Assembly: GCA_039831155.1 (NCBI GenBank)
Contig: JBDONT010000043.1
Span: 64,001 to 128,000, forward strand
DNA from: Nautiliaceae bacterium
Lineage (GTDB): Bacteria; Campylobacterota; Campylobacteria; Campylobacterales; Nautiliaceae
Direction: 5' to 3'
DNA: 64,000 nucleotides
Position numbers and translations under genes: made by a program. This document shows, in pieces, positions 42,228 through 51,717 of this stretch. A model generated the notes under the pieces. The model had not been told where the DNA came from and made no database searches. It worked only from the letters and a program-made list of their open reading frames with translations. Positions within the stretch are counted from its first letter, which is position 1; every line of letters begins with the position of its first letter.

Positions 42228-43358
42228 ATGAAAGTGGAAATTAAAAAAGAGGGGTATTTAAAATTAAAAAAACGTTTGCCTTGGCTTTATAAAAACGAGA
42301 TTGTACAAATACCTAAATGCGATAAGGGAAGTATTGCGGATTTGGTTTATAAAGGTGAATTTGTTGCAAAAGCCTTTATAAATCCTTTAAGTAAGATTAC
42401 AGCTAGGGTTTTGAGTTTTGAGAATGAAAATATAGACAGTGAGTTTTTTAAAGAGCGTATAAAAAAGGCTGTTTATAAAAGAAGATTTAATAATACCGAT
42501 TCGTTTAGATTAATTCACAGTGAAGCCGATTTTTTACCGGGGCTTATCGTGGATAAATACGGAGATAATTTGGTTGTTAGTTTTACGAGTGCCGGAATGG
42601 ATAATTTTAAAGGTGTGATTATTCAGAGTCTTATTGATATTTTATCTCCTAAAGGAATTTATGAAAAAGGGGATAAAATAAGAGAGAAAGAGGGATTGGA
42701 GGTTGAATCTTATACGTTATACGGAGAAGTTGATGATGAGTTTGTGATTGTTGAAAATTCTAAAAAATTTTTAACTCATTTAAAAGAGGGGCAAAAGACT
42801 GGATTTTTCTTAGACCAGAGAAAAAACAGAGAAATAGTAGGAAATTACGGAAATAAAAAAACTCTTGATTTGTTTGCCAATGCCGGTGGATTTGGGATAT
42901 ATGCAAATGCCGAATATACTAAATTCGTAGAAATTTCCCCTCTTGCTTGTTCTCAAATAGAGAAAAACTGCGAATTAAATTCACTAAAAAACTATGAAAT
43001 TATAAAAGCCGATGTTTTTAAGTTTTTAGAGAGTGAAAAAGAAAAGTATGATTTAATTATAGTAGACCCTCCGGCTTTTGCAAAAAATAAAAAAGCAAGA
43101 ATAGGAGCTATTAAAGGGTGGAAATATTTAATAGTAAATTCTCTTAAACTCTTAGAAAAAGAAGGATATTTGGTTCTTTTTAGCTGTTCTCATTCTATTA
43201 CGAGTAAAGATTTGCTTGATTTGGCGTTAAGTAGCAGTATTATAGATAATAGTTATTTGGAAGTTGTTGAATTTTTAAAGCAGGATGTCGACCACCCTTA
43301 TATGTTAAATATTCCAAACTCTTTATATTTAACCGGTGTGTTGTTAAGAAAAGTTTAA
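42228..43358 (+). CDS. RlmI-like SAM-dependent rRNA methyltransferase (PUA domain)
   Basis: SEADFLPGLIVDKY, GQKTGFFLDQR, DPPAF, SCS. Confidence 0.9.
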   Translation: MKVEIKKEGYLKLKKRLPWLYKNEIVQIPKCDKGSIADLVYKGEFVAKAFINPLSKITARVLSFENENIDSEFFKERIKKAVYKRRFNNTDSFRLIHSEADFLPGLIVDKYGDNLVVSFTSAGMDNFKGVIIQSLIDILSPKGIYEKGDKIREKEGLEVESYTLYGEVDDEFVIVENSKKFLTHLKEGQKTGFFLDQRKNREIVGNYGNKKTLDLFANAGGFGIYANAEYTKFVEISPLACSQIEKNCELNSLKNYEIIKADVFKFLESEKEKYDLIIVDPPAFAKNKKARIGAIKGWKYLIVNSLKLLEKEGYLVLFSCSHSITSKDLLDLALSSSIIDNSYLEVVEFLKQDVDHPYMLNIPNSLYLTGVLLRKV

Positions 43359-43367
43359 AGGAAGAAA

Positions 43368-43826
43368 ATGGAAGAGTTAAAAAACGATAAATTTACTCAA
43401 ATAGGGCTTTATTTTTTGTTTAAGTCTTATGATAAGAAAAGTTTAGAAGAATTTCTAAAAGAGTATTCACTAGAAGATTTAATAAAGTATTACGATAAAT
43501 TTAACACTTTGTATTTAGATGAAGATGAGCTTTTTAATTATTTTGACGGGGATTATGAAAAAGTGGCTAAAGATTTGGCTCTTTTTTTCGCTCCTTTTTT
43601 ACCGGAAGATTTTATAATGAGTAAAGATTTGGAAAAATTAAAATCCGATTTATCTAAAATTTACGGGGATGAAATAGCTGATGCCATTGTTAAGGCGTTG
43701 GAGATTTTGAGTTTGTTGGGAATGGATTATGATATTAAAGAAAAAAAGTATCTTTTAAAAGAAGTTTTTAAGATTATGCATCTTTTGGCAAAAATTTTAA
43801 AAATCTTAAAGGTAAATGATGCTTGA
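43368..43826 (+). CDS. Hypothetical protein
   Basis: 152 aa ORF with SD AAGGA inside an operon. Confidence 0.7.
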   Translation: MEELKNDKFTQIGLYFLFKSYDKKSLEEFLKEYSLEDLIKYYDKFNTLYLDEDELFNYFDGDYEKVAKDLALFFAPFLPEDFIMSKDLEKLKSDLSKIYGDEIADAIVKALEILSLLGMDYDIKEKKYLLKEVFKIMHLLAKILKILKVNDA

Positions 43827-45606
43827 AAATTTGCAAAAATATATAAAAATAATTGATACCCCGCTTGATATTAATCTCGAAATCCCTCACCTTGCATATA
43901 TTGAAGCAAAAAAGAAAAATCCGAAAATTTTAATGTTTACAAACCCAATGAAAAATGGTAAAAAGTTTGATATTCCGGTTGTTATGAATATTTTTGCAAA
44001 CGATGAGGTTGTAAGAGATATTTTTGGAAGGGATTTAGAAGAGATTGCTAAAGAGATTGAAGAGCTTATAAAAATGAAACCGCCAAAAACTCTATCTGAA
44101 AAATTAAAAGCGTTTGGTAAGCTTTTTGCCATTAAAAACACTATCCCAAAAAGAGTAAAAGAAGCAGAGTGTCAGTATTATATTTATGAAGGTGAAGCGG
44201 CAACTCTTGATAAACTCCCAATTCTTAAAACTTGGGAACTTGATGGCGGTAAGTTTATTACAATGGGTCAGGTTTATACAAAAAGCCTTGATGGAAGTGT
44301 TAGGAATGTCGGGATGTATAGATTGCAAGTTTATGATAATAAACGCCTCGGACTTCACTGGCAAATTCATAAAGACTCAGCTCATCTATTTTGGGAGTAT
44401 AAAAAAGCTGGCCGCAAGATGCCTGTTAGTATTGCTATTGGAGGTGACCCTCTTTTTACTTGGTGTGCAACAGCCCCTATGCCTCCCGGAATTTTTGAAG
44501 TTATGCTTTATGGGTTTATAAGAAGAAAAAATCCTCGTCTTGTCAAGTGCATAAGCAATGACTTAGAAGTCCCAGCAGATGCCGATATTGTTATTGAGGG
44601 GTGGTGTGACCCAAGTGAAATGGAAATTGAAGGGATGTTTGGCGACCATACGGGATACTATACTCTTAAAAAACCTTTTCCAGTGATGCACGTTGAAACA
44701 ATTACAACTAAAAAAGACCCAGTGTATTACGCAACGGTTGTTGGAAAACCTCCACTGGAAGACAAGTATATGGGGTATGCAACTGAGAGGATATTTTTGC
44801 CGCTTTTAAAAACGACAGCCCCGGATTTAATTGATTATGCAATGCCAGAAAATGGAGTCTTTCATAATTTAATTCTTTGTAAAATAGCTCCAAGATATCC
44901 AGGACACAGCCTTCAAATTATGCATAGTTTGTGGGGAGTTGGGCAGATGAGCTTTGTAAAACACGCTATTTTTGTTAATGAAGATGCTCCGGACTTAAGA
45001 GATTATGAAAAAATAACCGAATATATTCTAAATCATTTTGACCCTAAAAATTTACTTATCAGTAAAGGAATAGTAGATGAGCTTGACCATTCAAGTATTA
45101 AAGAGCTTGTAGGAGGAAAGCTTGGAATTGATGCTACAAAAGAGGCAAAAGAGATTGATATTGAGATTTTAGATGATAAAGAGCTTTTTGGCAAAATTAA
45201 AGAGCTTGATGATAATGTGGAAGAGATTAAGCAATATATGACTCATACTAAAAATCCAATTTGCGTTATAAAATACAAAAAAACAAAAAGAGCCCGTGAA
45301 ATTTTTGATAAATTAAAAGCACTAAAAAGACATCTTAGAATTGTAGTGTTTATCAATACCCCTGAGACTTTTAACCCTTATATGTTAATTTGGAGAGTAA
45401 CAAATAATATTGATGCGTTGCGTGATGTGTGGATTGAAGAGATTATCGGGGTTGATGGGACAAATAAAGATAAAAACATTGATGATTTTGATAGAGAGTG
45501 GCCTCCTGATGTTGATACCACAAAAGAAGTGATTGAAAAATTAAAAAATCTTGGGCTAATTGAAGGGATAAGCGAAGAGGAGCTTAAGAGATATCAGGTT
45601 ATATAA
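43816..45606 (+). CDS. mqnL: UbiD-family menaquinone biosynthesis decarboxylase (futalosine pathway)
   Basis: RNVGMYR, EGMFGDHTGYY, GKPPLED, GGKLGIDAT. Confidence 0.9.
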   Translation: MMLENLQKYIKIIDTPLDINLEIPHLAYIEAKKKNPKILMFTNPMKNGKKFDIPVVMNIFANDEVVRDIFGRDLEEIAKEIEELIKMKPPKTLSEKLKAFGKLFAIKNTIPKRVKEAECQYYIYEGEAATLDKLPILKTWELDGGKFITMGQVYTKSLDGSVRNVGMYRLQVYDNKRLGLHWQIHKDSAHLFWEYKKAGRKMPVSIAIGGDPLFTWCATAPMPPGIFEVMLYGFIRRKNPRLVKCISNDLEVPADADIVIEGWCDPSEMEIEGMFGDHTGYYTLKKPFPVMHVETITTKKDPVYYATVVGKPPLEDKYMGYATERIFLPLLKTTAPDLIDYAMPENGVFHNLILCKIAPRYPGHSLQIMHSLWGVGQMSFVKHAIFVNEDAPDLRDYEKITEYILNHFDPKNLLISKGIVDELDHSSIKELVGGKLGIDATKEAKEIDIEILDDKELFGKIKELDDNVEEIKQYMTHTKNPICVIKYKKTKRAREIFDKLKALKRHLRIVVFINTPETFNPYMLIWRVTNNIDALRDVWIEEIIGVDGTNKDKNIDDFDREWPPDVDTTKEVIEKLKNLGLIEGISEEELKRYQVI

Positions 45607-45898
45607 GGATACCTTTTATATACTCTTCTAGTTTTTTTAGTTCTTCTTTGTCTTCACCTTCAAAAATCATTTCTATAATTATGTTGTTTGTTGTATAGAT
45701 AAAAATGCTAAATTCCGGTTTTATAGGATTTTGAAGGTTTCTTTTTACCGTAAAAAAGCTAATAGCATCTCTTTTTAGCTTCATCTCTTCTACTTCTTTA
45801 TCATCGATTTTTATGATAGAATTAATTTCACTTTCGTTGTTTGATTTAATAGAGAGTGCGTTTGGAGTTAAAAGTTCTATTAAATTGATATAATTCAT
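45599..45898 (-). CDS. Hypothetical protein
   Basis: 99 aa ORF with SD AAGGA and TATAAT upstream. Confidence 0.65.
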   Translation of the reverse strand: MNYINLIELLTPNALSIKSNNESEINSIIKIDDKEVEEMKLKRDAISFFTVKRNLQNPIKPEFSIFIYTTNNIIIEMIFEGEDKEELKKLEEYIKGILI

Positions 45899-45938
45899 TT
45901 CAAATCCTTTTTTTTAAAATTATACTAAGGAGTCGGAA

Positions 45939-46781
45939 ATTAAGCAAATAATTAATGAAATAGAAAAAATAATAAAAGGCAAAAGGAAAAAAATAGAGAT
46001 AATTCTTAGTGCCTTTTTTGCTTCGGAAAATGTACTTATAGAAGATGTGCCTGGGGTTGGGAAAACCACAATTGCAAAAACCATCTCAAAAGTTCTTGGG
46101 CTTGAGTTTAAAAGAATTCAGTTTACTGCAGATATGCTTCCAAGTGATATAGTAGGTGTTAACTATTTTGACGTAAATAAGCAAGAGTTTGTTTTTAAAA
46201 AGGGTCCTGTGTTTTCTGAAATAGTTTTAGCCGATGAAATAAACAGAGCCTCTCCGAAAGCCCAAAGTGCACTTCTAGAAGCTATGGAAGAGAAGCAAGT
46301 CAGTATAGACGGGGTTACTTATAAACTTCCGAAACACTTTTTTGTAATAGCCACTCAAAACCCTATCGAACACGGGATTTATCCTCTTCCTCTTTCCCAA
46401 ATAGACAGATTCGGAGTTAGTCTCTCAATCGGTTATCCTCAAAAAGAGTTTGAAAAAAAGATTCTTTTAAAAGAAAAAATTGAAGTCCAAAGCCTTGATT
46501 TAAATATAGACTTCATAAAAGAAAAAATAAAAAACGTATATGTGGATGAAAAGATTGTGGATATGATTTTGGGAATAGGGGAAATTAGCAGAAGAGAGTA
46601 TGAAATAGGTTTATCAACCAGAGCTTTGATTTCTATGCTTAATGTTTTAAAAGCTTATGTTTATATAAAAGAAAAAGAGTTTGCAATAGACCAGTATGTC
46701 GTTGATATATTGCCTTATTGTGTAAACCATAGATTAAAAGATGAAAATGCTCATAAAAAAATTATTCAAGCCCTCTATTAA
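45939..46781 (+). CDS. MoxR-family AAA+ ATPase (probable non-canonical ATT start)
   Basis: Frame open from 45918; EDVPGVGKTT, RIQFTAD, DEINRA, ATQNP, DRF; AAGGAG 45927-45932 then ATT 45939. Confidence 0.85.
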   Translation: MKQIINEIEKIIKGKRKKIEIILSAFFASENVLIEDVPGVGKTTIAKTISKVLGLEFKRIQFTADMLPSDIVGVNYFDVNKQEFVFKKGPVFSEIVLADEINRASPKAQSALLEAMEEKQVSIDGVTYKLPKHFFVIATQNPIEHGIYPLPLSQIDRFGVSLSIGYPQKEFEKKILLKEKIEVQSLDLNIDFIKEKIKNVYVDEKIVDMILGIGEISRREYEIGLSTRALISMLNVLKAYVYIKEKEFAIDQYVVDILPYCVNHRLKDENAHKKIIQALY

Positions 46782-47487
46782 AGTTAGAAAAACCAAATAT
46801 TTTTATTTGGTTATTTTATTTATGCTTTTACTTTTTGGGGCTAGTTATGTTCATAACAATAATATAGCCTATATAGGACTTTTTTTGGTTTTTGGTGTAA
46901 GTTTTGTTTCGGTAATTATAGGTAGAATTAATATCAAAAAAGCAAAATATAAACCCCTGCCTCAAAGGGTTTTTACTAATTCTTGGGTGGATTTGAAGCT
47001 TATAAAAGATGGGGAGTTTTTTGCAGATGTAAAGAGTAGGGTGTTTTTAAAAAAAAGAGGATTTAATAAAATAAAATTAAAAGTAAAAAGCGACTATCCT
47101 TTGAAGCTGGCTTATTTTATAAAAGAGATAGAAGTTGAGTTGCTGGTTTATCCTCAGCTTAAAGGGAAATCTCTTTTATCTTACGGTAAAGATATGGAAT
47201 TTAGAGGGCTTAAGAAATATTACTACAACGAACCCAAATATATCCACTGGCCGTCTTTTGCCAAAGGAGATTTGCAAGTTAAGGTATTCGGAAGTGAAGG
47301 AGAGGGGGAGAGTGTTTTTTATTATGAAAAGATACCTGGAGATAAAGAGAGTAAAATTTCTCAACTTGCTTTATGGGCTTATGAAGGGTTTAAAAACGGA
47401 GTGAAATTTAAAATAATTTTTCCTGATAAGGAGATATCTTATAAAGAGGGGTTTGATGAAGTATTTAAAACACTTGCAACCTATTGA
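46741..47487 (+). CDS. DUF58-domain protein
   Basis: Two N-terminal TMs; LVYP, EFRGLKKY, IHWPSFAK; follows moxR. Confidence 0.8.
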   Translation: MKMLIKKLFKPSIKVRKTKYFYLVILFMLLLFGASYVHNNNIAYIGLFLVFGVSFVSVIIGRINIKKAKYKPLPQRVFTNSWVDLKLIKDGEFFADVKSRVFLKKRGFNKIKLKVKSDYPLKLAYFIKEIEVELLVYPQLKGKSLLSYGKDMEFRGLKKYYYNEPKYIHWPSFAKGDLQVKVFGSEGEGESVFYYEKIPGDKESKISQLALWAYEGFKNGVKFKIIFPDKEISYKEGFDEVFKTLATY

Positions 47488-49171
47488 TATTTTAATATTT
47501 TTGACTTTTTTTCCTTTTTGGTTTGTTTTACCTTTTTTGGTAAAAGTTTTTGCAATAGTGGGGATTTATTTGGTTTATAAAAAATCTACTGCTCTTTTGG
47601 CTTTTTTGGGGGCTTTTAGTATTATGTTGTCTTTTTACAATTTTTGGGAGCTTAGGGATTTTAGGGTTTATATTCTCTTTTTGGTTTCAATGCTTTTGTG
47701 GGGAGTTTATTTGCAAAGGACAAAAGAGGAGAATTTTTATTTAAGACTCTCTCCCGTTTTGTTTTTTTTAATGAGTGTAGTCTTTTTTCAAAATATTTAT
47801 ATGGCTTTTTATGTTGTTTTTGAGGTGTTTGTTTTTGTAGTGGTGGTTTTAACCGGATATATGGATTTAAAAAAGGCTTTAAAAAAAGCCGGGGTTATTT
47901 TTGCTTTTTCTTTTCCTATAGGCGTGGTGCTTTTTTTGGTGTTTCCCAGAATTCATCAGACTCATTTTGTATTTGGATTTGAAGATAAAAACGTTTATAG
48001 TGGATTTAGTAAGAATGTGGATACTTCTTTAAAAGATGTTAAGTTAAACAGTTTTTTAGTTGCCGAATTTAAACTCTCTAAAGATTATAAAAGAGTCTAT
48101 TTAAGAGGTAATGTTTTAAATGAGTTTAAAAACGGAATTTGGTATGAGGGAAAAAGCGTAAAAGATAAACTTATTAAAATCTCCGAACTTGAAGTATATT
48201 ACCTAAAACAGACTCCCACAAACGATAAGTATATTTTTGCAGTTGATTTACCGATAGAGAGTGATTACGGAAAAATTAATAAAAATTTTGTTTTAGTATC
48301 TAAAAGCGTAATAAAAAGACCTCTTTTTATTCAGATAACTTCTGCTATAAACCCTATATACGGGCCTGTTGTTTATCCTTATAACGATTTGGCTTATGAT
48401 AAAAGTAAAAACTTAAAAATACAAAAGCTTATAAAAAATATAAAATTAAAAAGCGATAAAGAAAAACTAAAAGAGATAATTAAGCTTTTTAAATCCCAAA
48501 AGCTAAAATACTCTTTAAAAGCTAATTTGGACTCTTTAAATATCGTTGATACTTTGTTTGAAAAAAAGAGAGGCTATTGTGTGCATTTTGCGTCGGCTTT
48601 TGCTATTTTAGCCAGAATGGTAGGGCTTCCTAGCAGAATTGTAAACGGATTTGTTGCTAAAAAATCTATAAACGGGTATTATAAGGTTTATTCAAAAGAC
48701 GCTCATACGTGGGTTGAAGTGCTTGTTGATAACAGATGGATAAGAGTTGACCCCACTCTTTTTACTTATAATCATAAATCTACAAAAAAACAAAAGAGTT
48801 TTTCAGTTTCTGAATATCTCTCTTATGTGAAGTTTTTATTGGAAGAGTGGATTTTAAGGTATGACGTTACGAAGCAAAAGAGATTTTTTGCGTTTTTTAA
48901 AATAAATTTTATTTATTTTTTTGGCTTGGTTGTTGTGGTTTTAGGGGTGTTTTTGTTGTTTAGAGGTTTTAAGAAAAAGTCTCTTTTAGAGCCTCTTTTT
49001 AAGAAGATAGGAAGACCTCATAAAGAGAGCATATATAGTTTCTTAAAAAGTTTCAATAATGAAAAACTTGACGAAATTAACGAACTTTATCATAAAATTA
49101 CATACTATAAAGCTACAAAAGAAGATATAAAAAAACTAAAAAAACTGATTAAGGAGTTTAAGTGGACTTAA
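47453..49171 (+). CDS. Membrane transglutaminase-like protein (TgpA type)
   Basis: Multi-TM N-terminus, LVFPR; triad GYCVHFASA / AHTWVEV / RVDPT. Confidence 0.9.
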   Translation: MMKYLKHLQPIDILIFLTFFPFWFVLPFLVKVFAIVGIYLVYKKSTALLAFLGAFSIMLSFYNFWELRDFRVYILFLVSMLLWGVYLQRTKEENFYLRLSPVLFFLMSVVFFQNIYMAFYVVFEVFVFVVVVLTGYMDLKKALKKAGVIFAFSFPIGVVLFLVFPRIHQTHFVFGFEDKNVYSGFSKNVDTSLKDVKLNSFLVAEFKLSKDYKRVYLRGNVLNEFKNGIWYEGKSVKDKLIKISELEVYYLKQTPTNDKYIFAVDLPIESDYGKINKNFVLVSKSVIKRPLFIQITSAINPIYGPVVYPYNDLAYDKSKNLKIQKLIKNIKLKSDKEKLKEIIKLFKSQKLKYSLKANLDSLNIVDTLFEKKRGYCVHFASAFAILARMVGLPSRIVNGFVAKKSINGYYKVYSKDAHTWVEVLVDNRWIRVDPTLFTYNHKSTKKQKSFSVSEYLSYVKFLLEEWILRYDVTKQKRFFAFFKINFIYFFGLVVVVLGVFLLFRGFKKKSLLEPLFKKIGRPHKESIYSFLKSFNNEKLDEINELYHKITYYKATKEDIKKLKKLIKEFKWT

Positions 49172-49797
49172 AAGAGATATTTTTATTTAAAGGTTTAAGT
49201 GAGGAGGAGTTAAGAGAGATTGAGAGTTTTTCTATTTTAAAACATCTTAAAAAAGATGAGGTGGTGTTTTATGAAAAGGAAAATCCGAGTTATTTACATC
49301 TTTTATTAAAAGGAAGTGCAAGGGTGTATAAAGTGGATAATAAAGGAAATGAACTTATTATCCATAAATTTATGCCGATTTCGTTAATAGCCGAACTTGC
49401 CAATTTCGAAAACATTCCTTATCCGGCTAACTGTGCTATGGATAGTGACGGAATGATTTTAAAAATAGAGTTTGAGAAGTTTAAAAAATTTATGAAAAGT
49501 GGGGATGTCTGTTTTTCCATAATGAGTTCTTTACTTAAAAAAATGAAATTTTTAGACGGGATTATCCAAGATAATCTTATTTTAGATACAGAAACAAAAA
49601 TCGCTAAGTTTATTTATGAAAACGAAAAACTTTTTTCTGAATTAAAACAGCATAATATAGCTGCTATTTTAAATATAAAGCCCGAAACCCTAAGCAGAAA
49701 ATTAAAAAAATTTAAAGAGTTGGGAATTATCGAAAATAGAGGCAGTAAGCTTATAGTAAAAGATAAAGAAAAAATTAAACAATATTTTAGTTGGTAG
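49162..49797 (+). CDS. Crp/Fnr-family regulator (HcpR/NssR/DNR-like)
   Basis: cNMP-binding fold; HTH IAAILNIKPETLSR; no N-terminal FNR Cys cluster. Confidence 0.9.
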   Translation: MDLKEIFLFKGLSEEELREIESFSILKHLKKDEVVFYEKENPSYLHLLLKGSARVYKVDNKGNELIIHKFMPISLIAELANFENIPYPANCAMDSDGMILKIEFEKFKKFMKSGDVCFSIMSSLLKKMKFLDGIIQDNLILDTETKIAKFIYENEKLFSELKQHNIAAILNIKPETLSRKLKKFKELGIIENRGSKLIVKDKEKIKQYFSW

Positions 49798-50164
49798 CAT
49801 TTATCATTTTAAAAAATCCTGCTGTTACCGTATCTATGGTGTTTATATGGTTGTGAAGCCAAGGGATAAAGGTTTTTATTAGGTACTTTTTTAACTCTTC
49901 TTTATCTTCTGTATTTAGATTTTTTAATTCGTTTAAGATTCTGTCGTGTTCCGTTTTGTGAGGAATATAGGCAAAAAAATTATATTTTTGCATAAGATTT
50001 TCTTCAAACGCAAAGTGTTCTTTAACATCTTTTAAAAACTCTTCAAACGCTTTATTTACATCTAGATTTTTTTCTATAGCTTCTAGGAGATTTTTTAGAT
50101 ATGTTATTTCTCTTTGATGAATTTCGTTCATCGGTTCAAAAGCTACTAATGAAATTTCAAACAT
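49787..50164 (-). CDS. Bacteriohemerythrin
   Basis: H, HFAFEE, HKTEH, WLHNHI..ID iron ligands. Confidence 0.9.
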   Translation of the reverse strand: MFEISLVAFEPMNEIHQREITYLKNLLEAIEKNLDVNKAFEEFLKDVKEHFAFEENLMQKYNFFAYIPHKTEHDRILNELKNLNTEDKEELKKYLIKTFIPWLHNHINTIDTVTAGFFKMINATN

Positions 50165-50217
50165 TTAAAACCTTTTTTTTAAATTGAGGCAAAAAGCCCC
50201 GAAGGAGGATTGCGTGA

Positions 50218-51639
50218 TTAACTAGCTAATTCTGTTCCGAAATCTTTGTGGATGTCTCCACTTATTACACCGAAATTGAAGTTTTCAACTAAGAAGTTTA
50301 CAATAGCTTCATCTGCAAATTGAGGAGCGTTTGGTCCGATTAAAATATCTTTTATTCCAAGGCTTAGCAATGCTAAAAGAATAATAATCGCTTTTTGCTC
50401 CATCCATAAAAGTGCAATTGATACCGGTAAATCGTTTACGTCTTCCACACCTAAAGTATTCGCCACGGCAAGTGCTATATGAACGGCTCCATTGGAATCG
50501 TTACATTGACCAAGGTCTATGTATCTAGGGATATCGGTACCAGGTACTGTTCCGAAGTCCACATCGTTAAATCTGAATTTACCACAGCTTGATGTAATGA
50601 TAATATGGTCTTTCGGTACTGCAAGAGCCAGTTCTCTAAAGTAATCTCTTTTTCTACCAGGTGCGTCACATCCGGCTATTACCCATACTCTTTTTAGTTT
50701 TCCTTTATTTATGGCTTCTAAAATTTTAGCTCCGTATACATCAAGAACGGTTTTATAATGATGTCCGGTTTTGATTTTTTCATCACTCTCAAACCCTGTT
50801 ACATCCGGAAGTTCTAAAGTATGGTCGATTAACGGGTCGAAATTGTCGTTTTCAATTTTTTTGGCACCTTCAATTCCTACGATTTTGTAAGTATAAAGTC
50901 TATCGATATAGTTTTTAACTTTTGGTGATTTTTCCGGTGGTACGATACAGTTGGTGTTTACTACACAAGTTCCGTTCCATTTAGAAAAAATATCTGTTTG
51001 GTCAAACCACGCTTTACCGATGTTACCTTTTAGGTTTTTGAATTTTCTAAGATGTGGATATCCGTGTGCCGGTAACATTTCAGAGTGAGTGTATACGTTT
51101 ATTTTATCGGATAAACCTCTCTCTTCAATTCTTTTTAGAAGTTTTTCAAGCATATCAAGGTTGTGACCTGAAACTAAAATTCCTTTTCCTTCAGCTTTAT
51201 TTTGAGTAACTTCTACCGGAGTTGGAATTCCTAGTGCTTTTGTGTGAAGGTCGGATAATAAATCCATAACTTTTACACCGGCGTTTCCTACTTTCATAAG
51301 CTGTTGAATGTGCTCATCAAAGTTGAAGTTTACGTTTGTTAGAGTAAAATATAAAGTTTCGCTTGTTACATCGTCGATTTCAAGCATTGTTTTCCAGTCG
51401 TTGTCATTACCGAATTTTTCGATAAGTTCTCTTGCGTGTTCTCTATATGCGGATAAACCTCTAAGACCGTAAGTCATTAAATCTTGAAGTCTTGCTTTTG
51501 TAGATGTTTTACCGCATACACCTTTGCTCTCACCATGGCTACCACATCCACCAGGTGCACTCATCTCACATTGCCAACATAAAAATTGTAAATCACAAGA
51601 TTTTGAAGGTTCTTCTTTTTTTCCGAATAATCCGAACAT
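50218..51639 (-). CDS. hcp: Hybrid cluster protein (short, class III type)
   Basis: CWQCE...C...CGK, TLTNVNF, SGH, THSEMLPAH, GCD, GQCND. Confidence 0.95.
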   Translation of the reverse strand: MFGLFGKKEEPSKSCDLQFLCWQCEMSAPGGCGSHGESKGVCGKTSTKARLQDLMTYGLRGLSAYREHARELIEKFGNDNDWKTMLEIDDVTSETLYFTLTNVNFNFDEHIQQLMKVGNAGVKVMDLLSDLHTKALGIPTPVEVTQNKAEGKGILVSGHNLDMLEKLLKRIEERGLSDKINVYTHSEMLPAHGYPHLRKFKNLKGNIGKAWFDQTDIFSKWNGTCVVNTNCIVPPEKSPKVKNYIDRLYTYKIVGIEGAKKIENDNFDPLIDHTLELPDVTGFESDEKIKTGHHYKTVLDVYGAKILEAINKGKLKRVWVIAGCDAPGRKRDYFRELALAVPKDHIIITSSCGKFRFNDVDFGTVPGTDIPRYIDLGQCNDSNGAVHIALAVANTLGVEDVNDLPVSIALLWMEQKAIIILLALLSLGIKDILIGPNAPQFADEAIVNFLVENFNFGVISGDIHKDFGTELAS

Positions 51640-51670
51640 TTTTTGCTCCTTAAGTTTTTCTTACAGGAGC

Positions 51671-51712
51671 ATTGTAAACTATTTAAAAAATTAAATCATT
51701 GATTTTAATCAA
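51671..51712 (-). promoter_or_regulatory. FNR-type box and -10 of the hcp promoter
   Basis: Perfect TTGAT-TTTA-ATCAA at 51699-51712; TACAAT on the minus strand at 51676-51671. Confidence 0.85.
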
Positions 51713-51717
51713 TAGAG

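Noticed and set aside
46047..46049. GTG start for MoxR from the ORF track
   Set aside because: It would delete the N-terminal helices and the strand leading into Walker A
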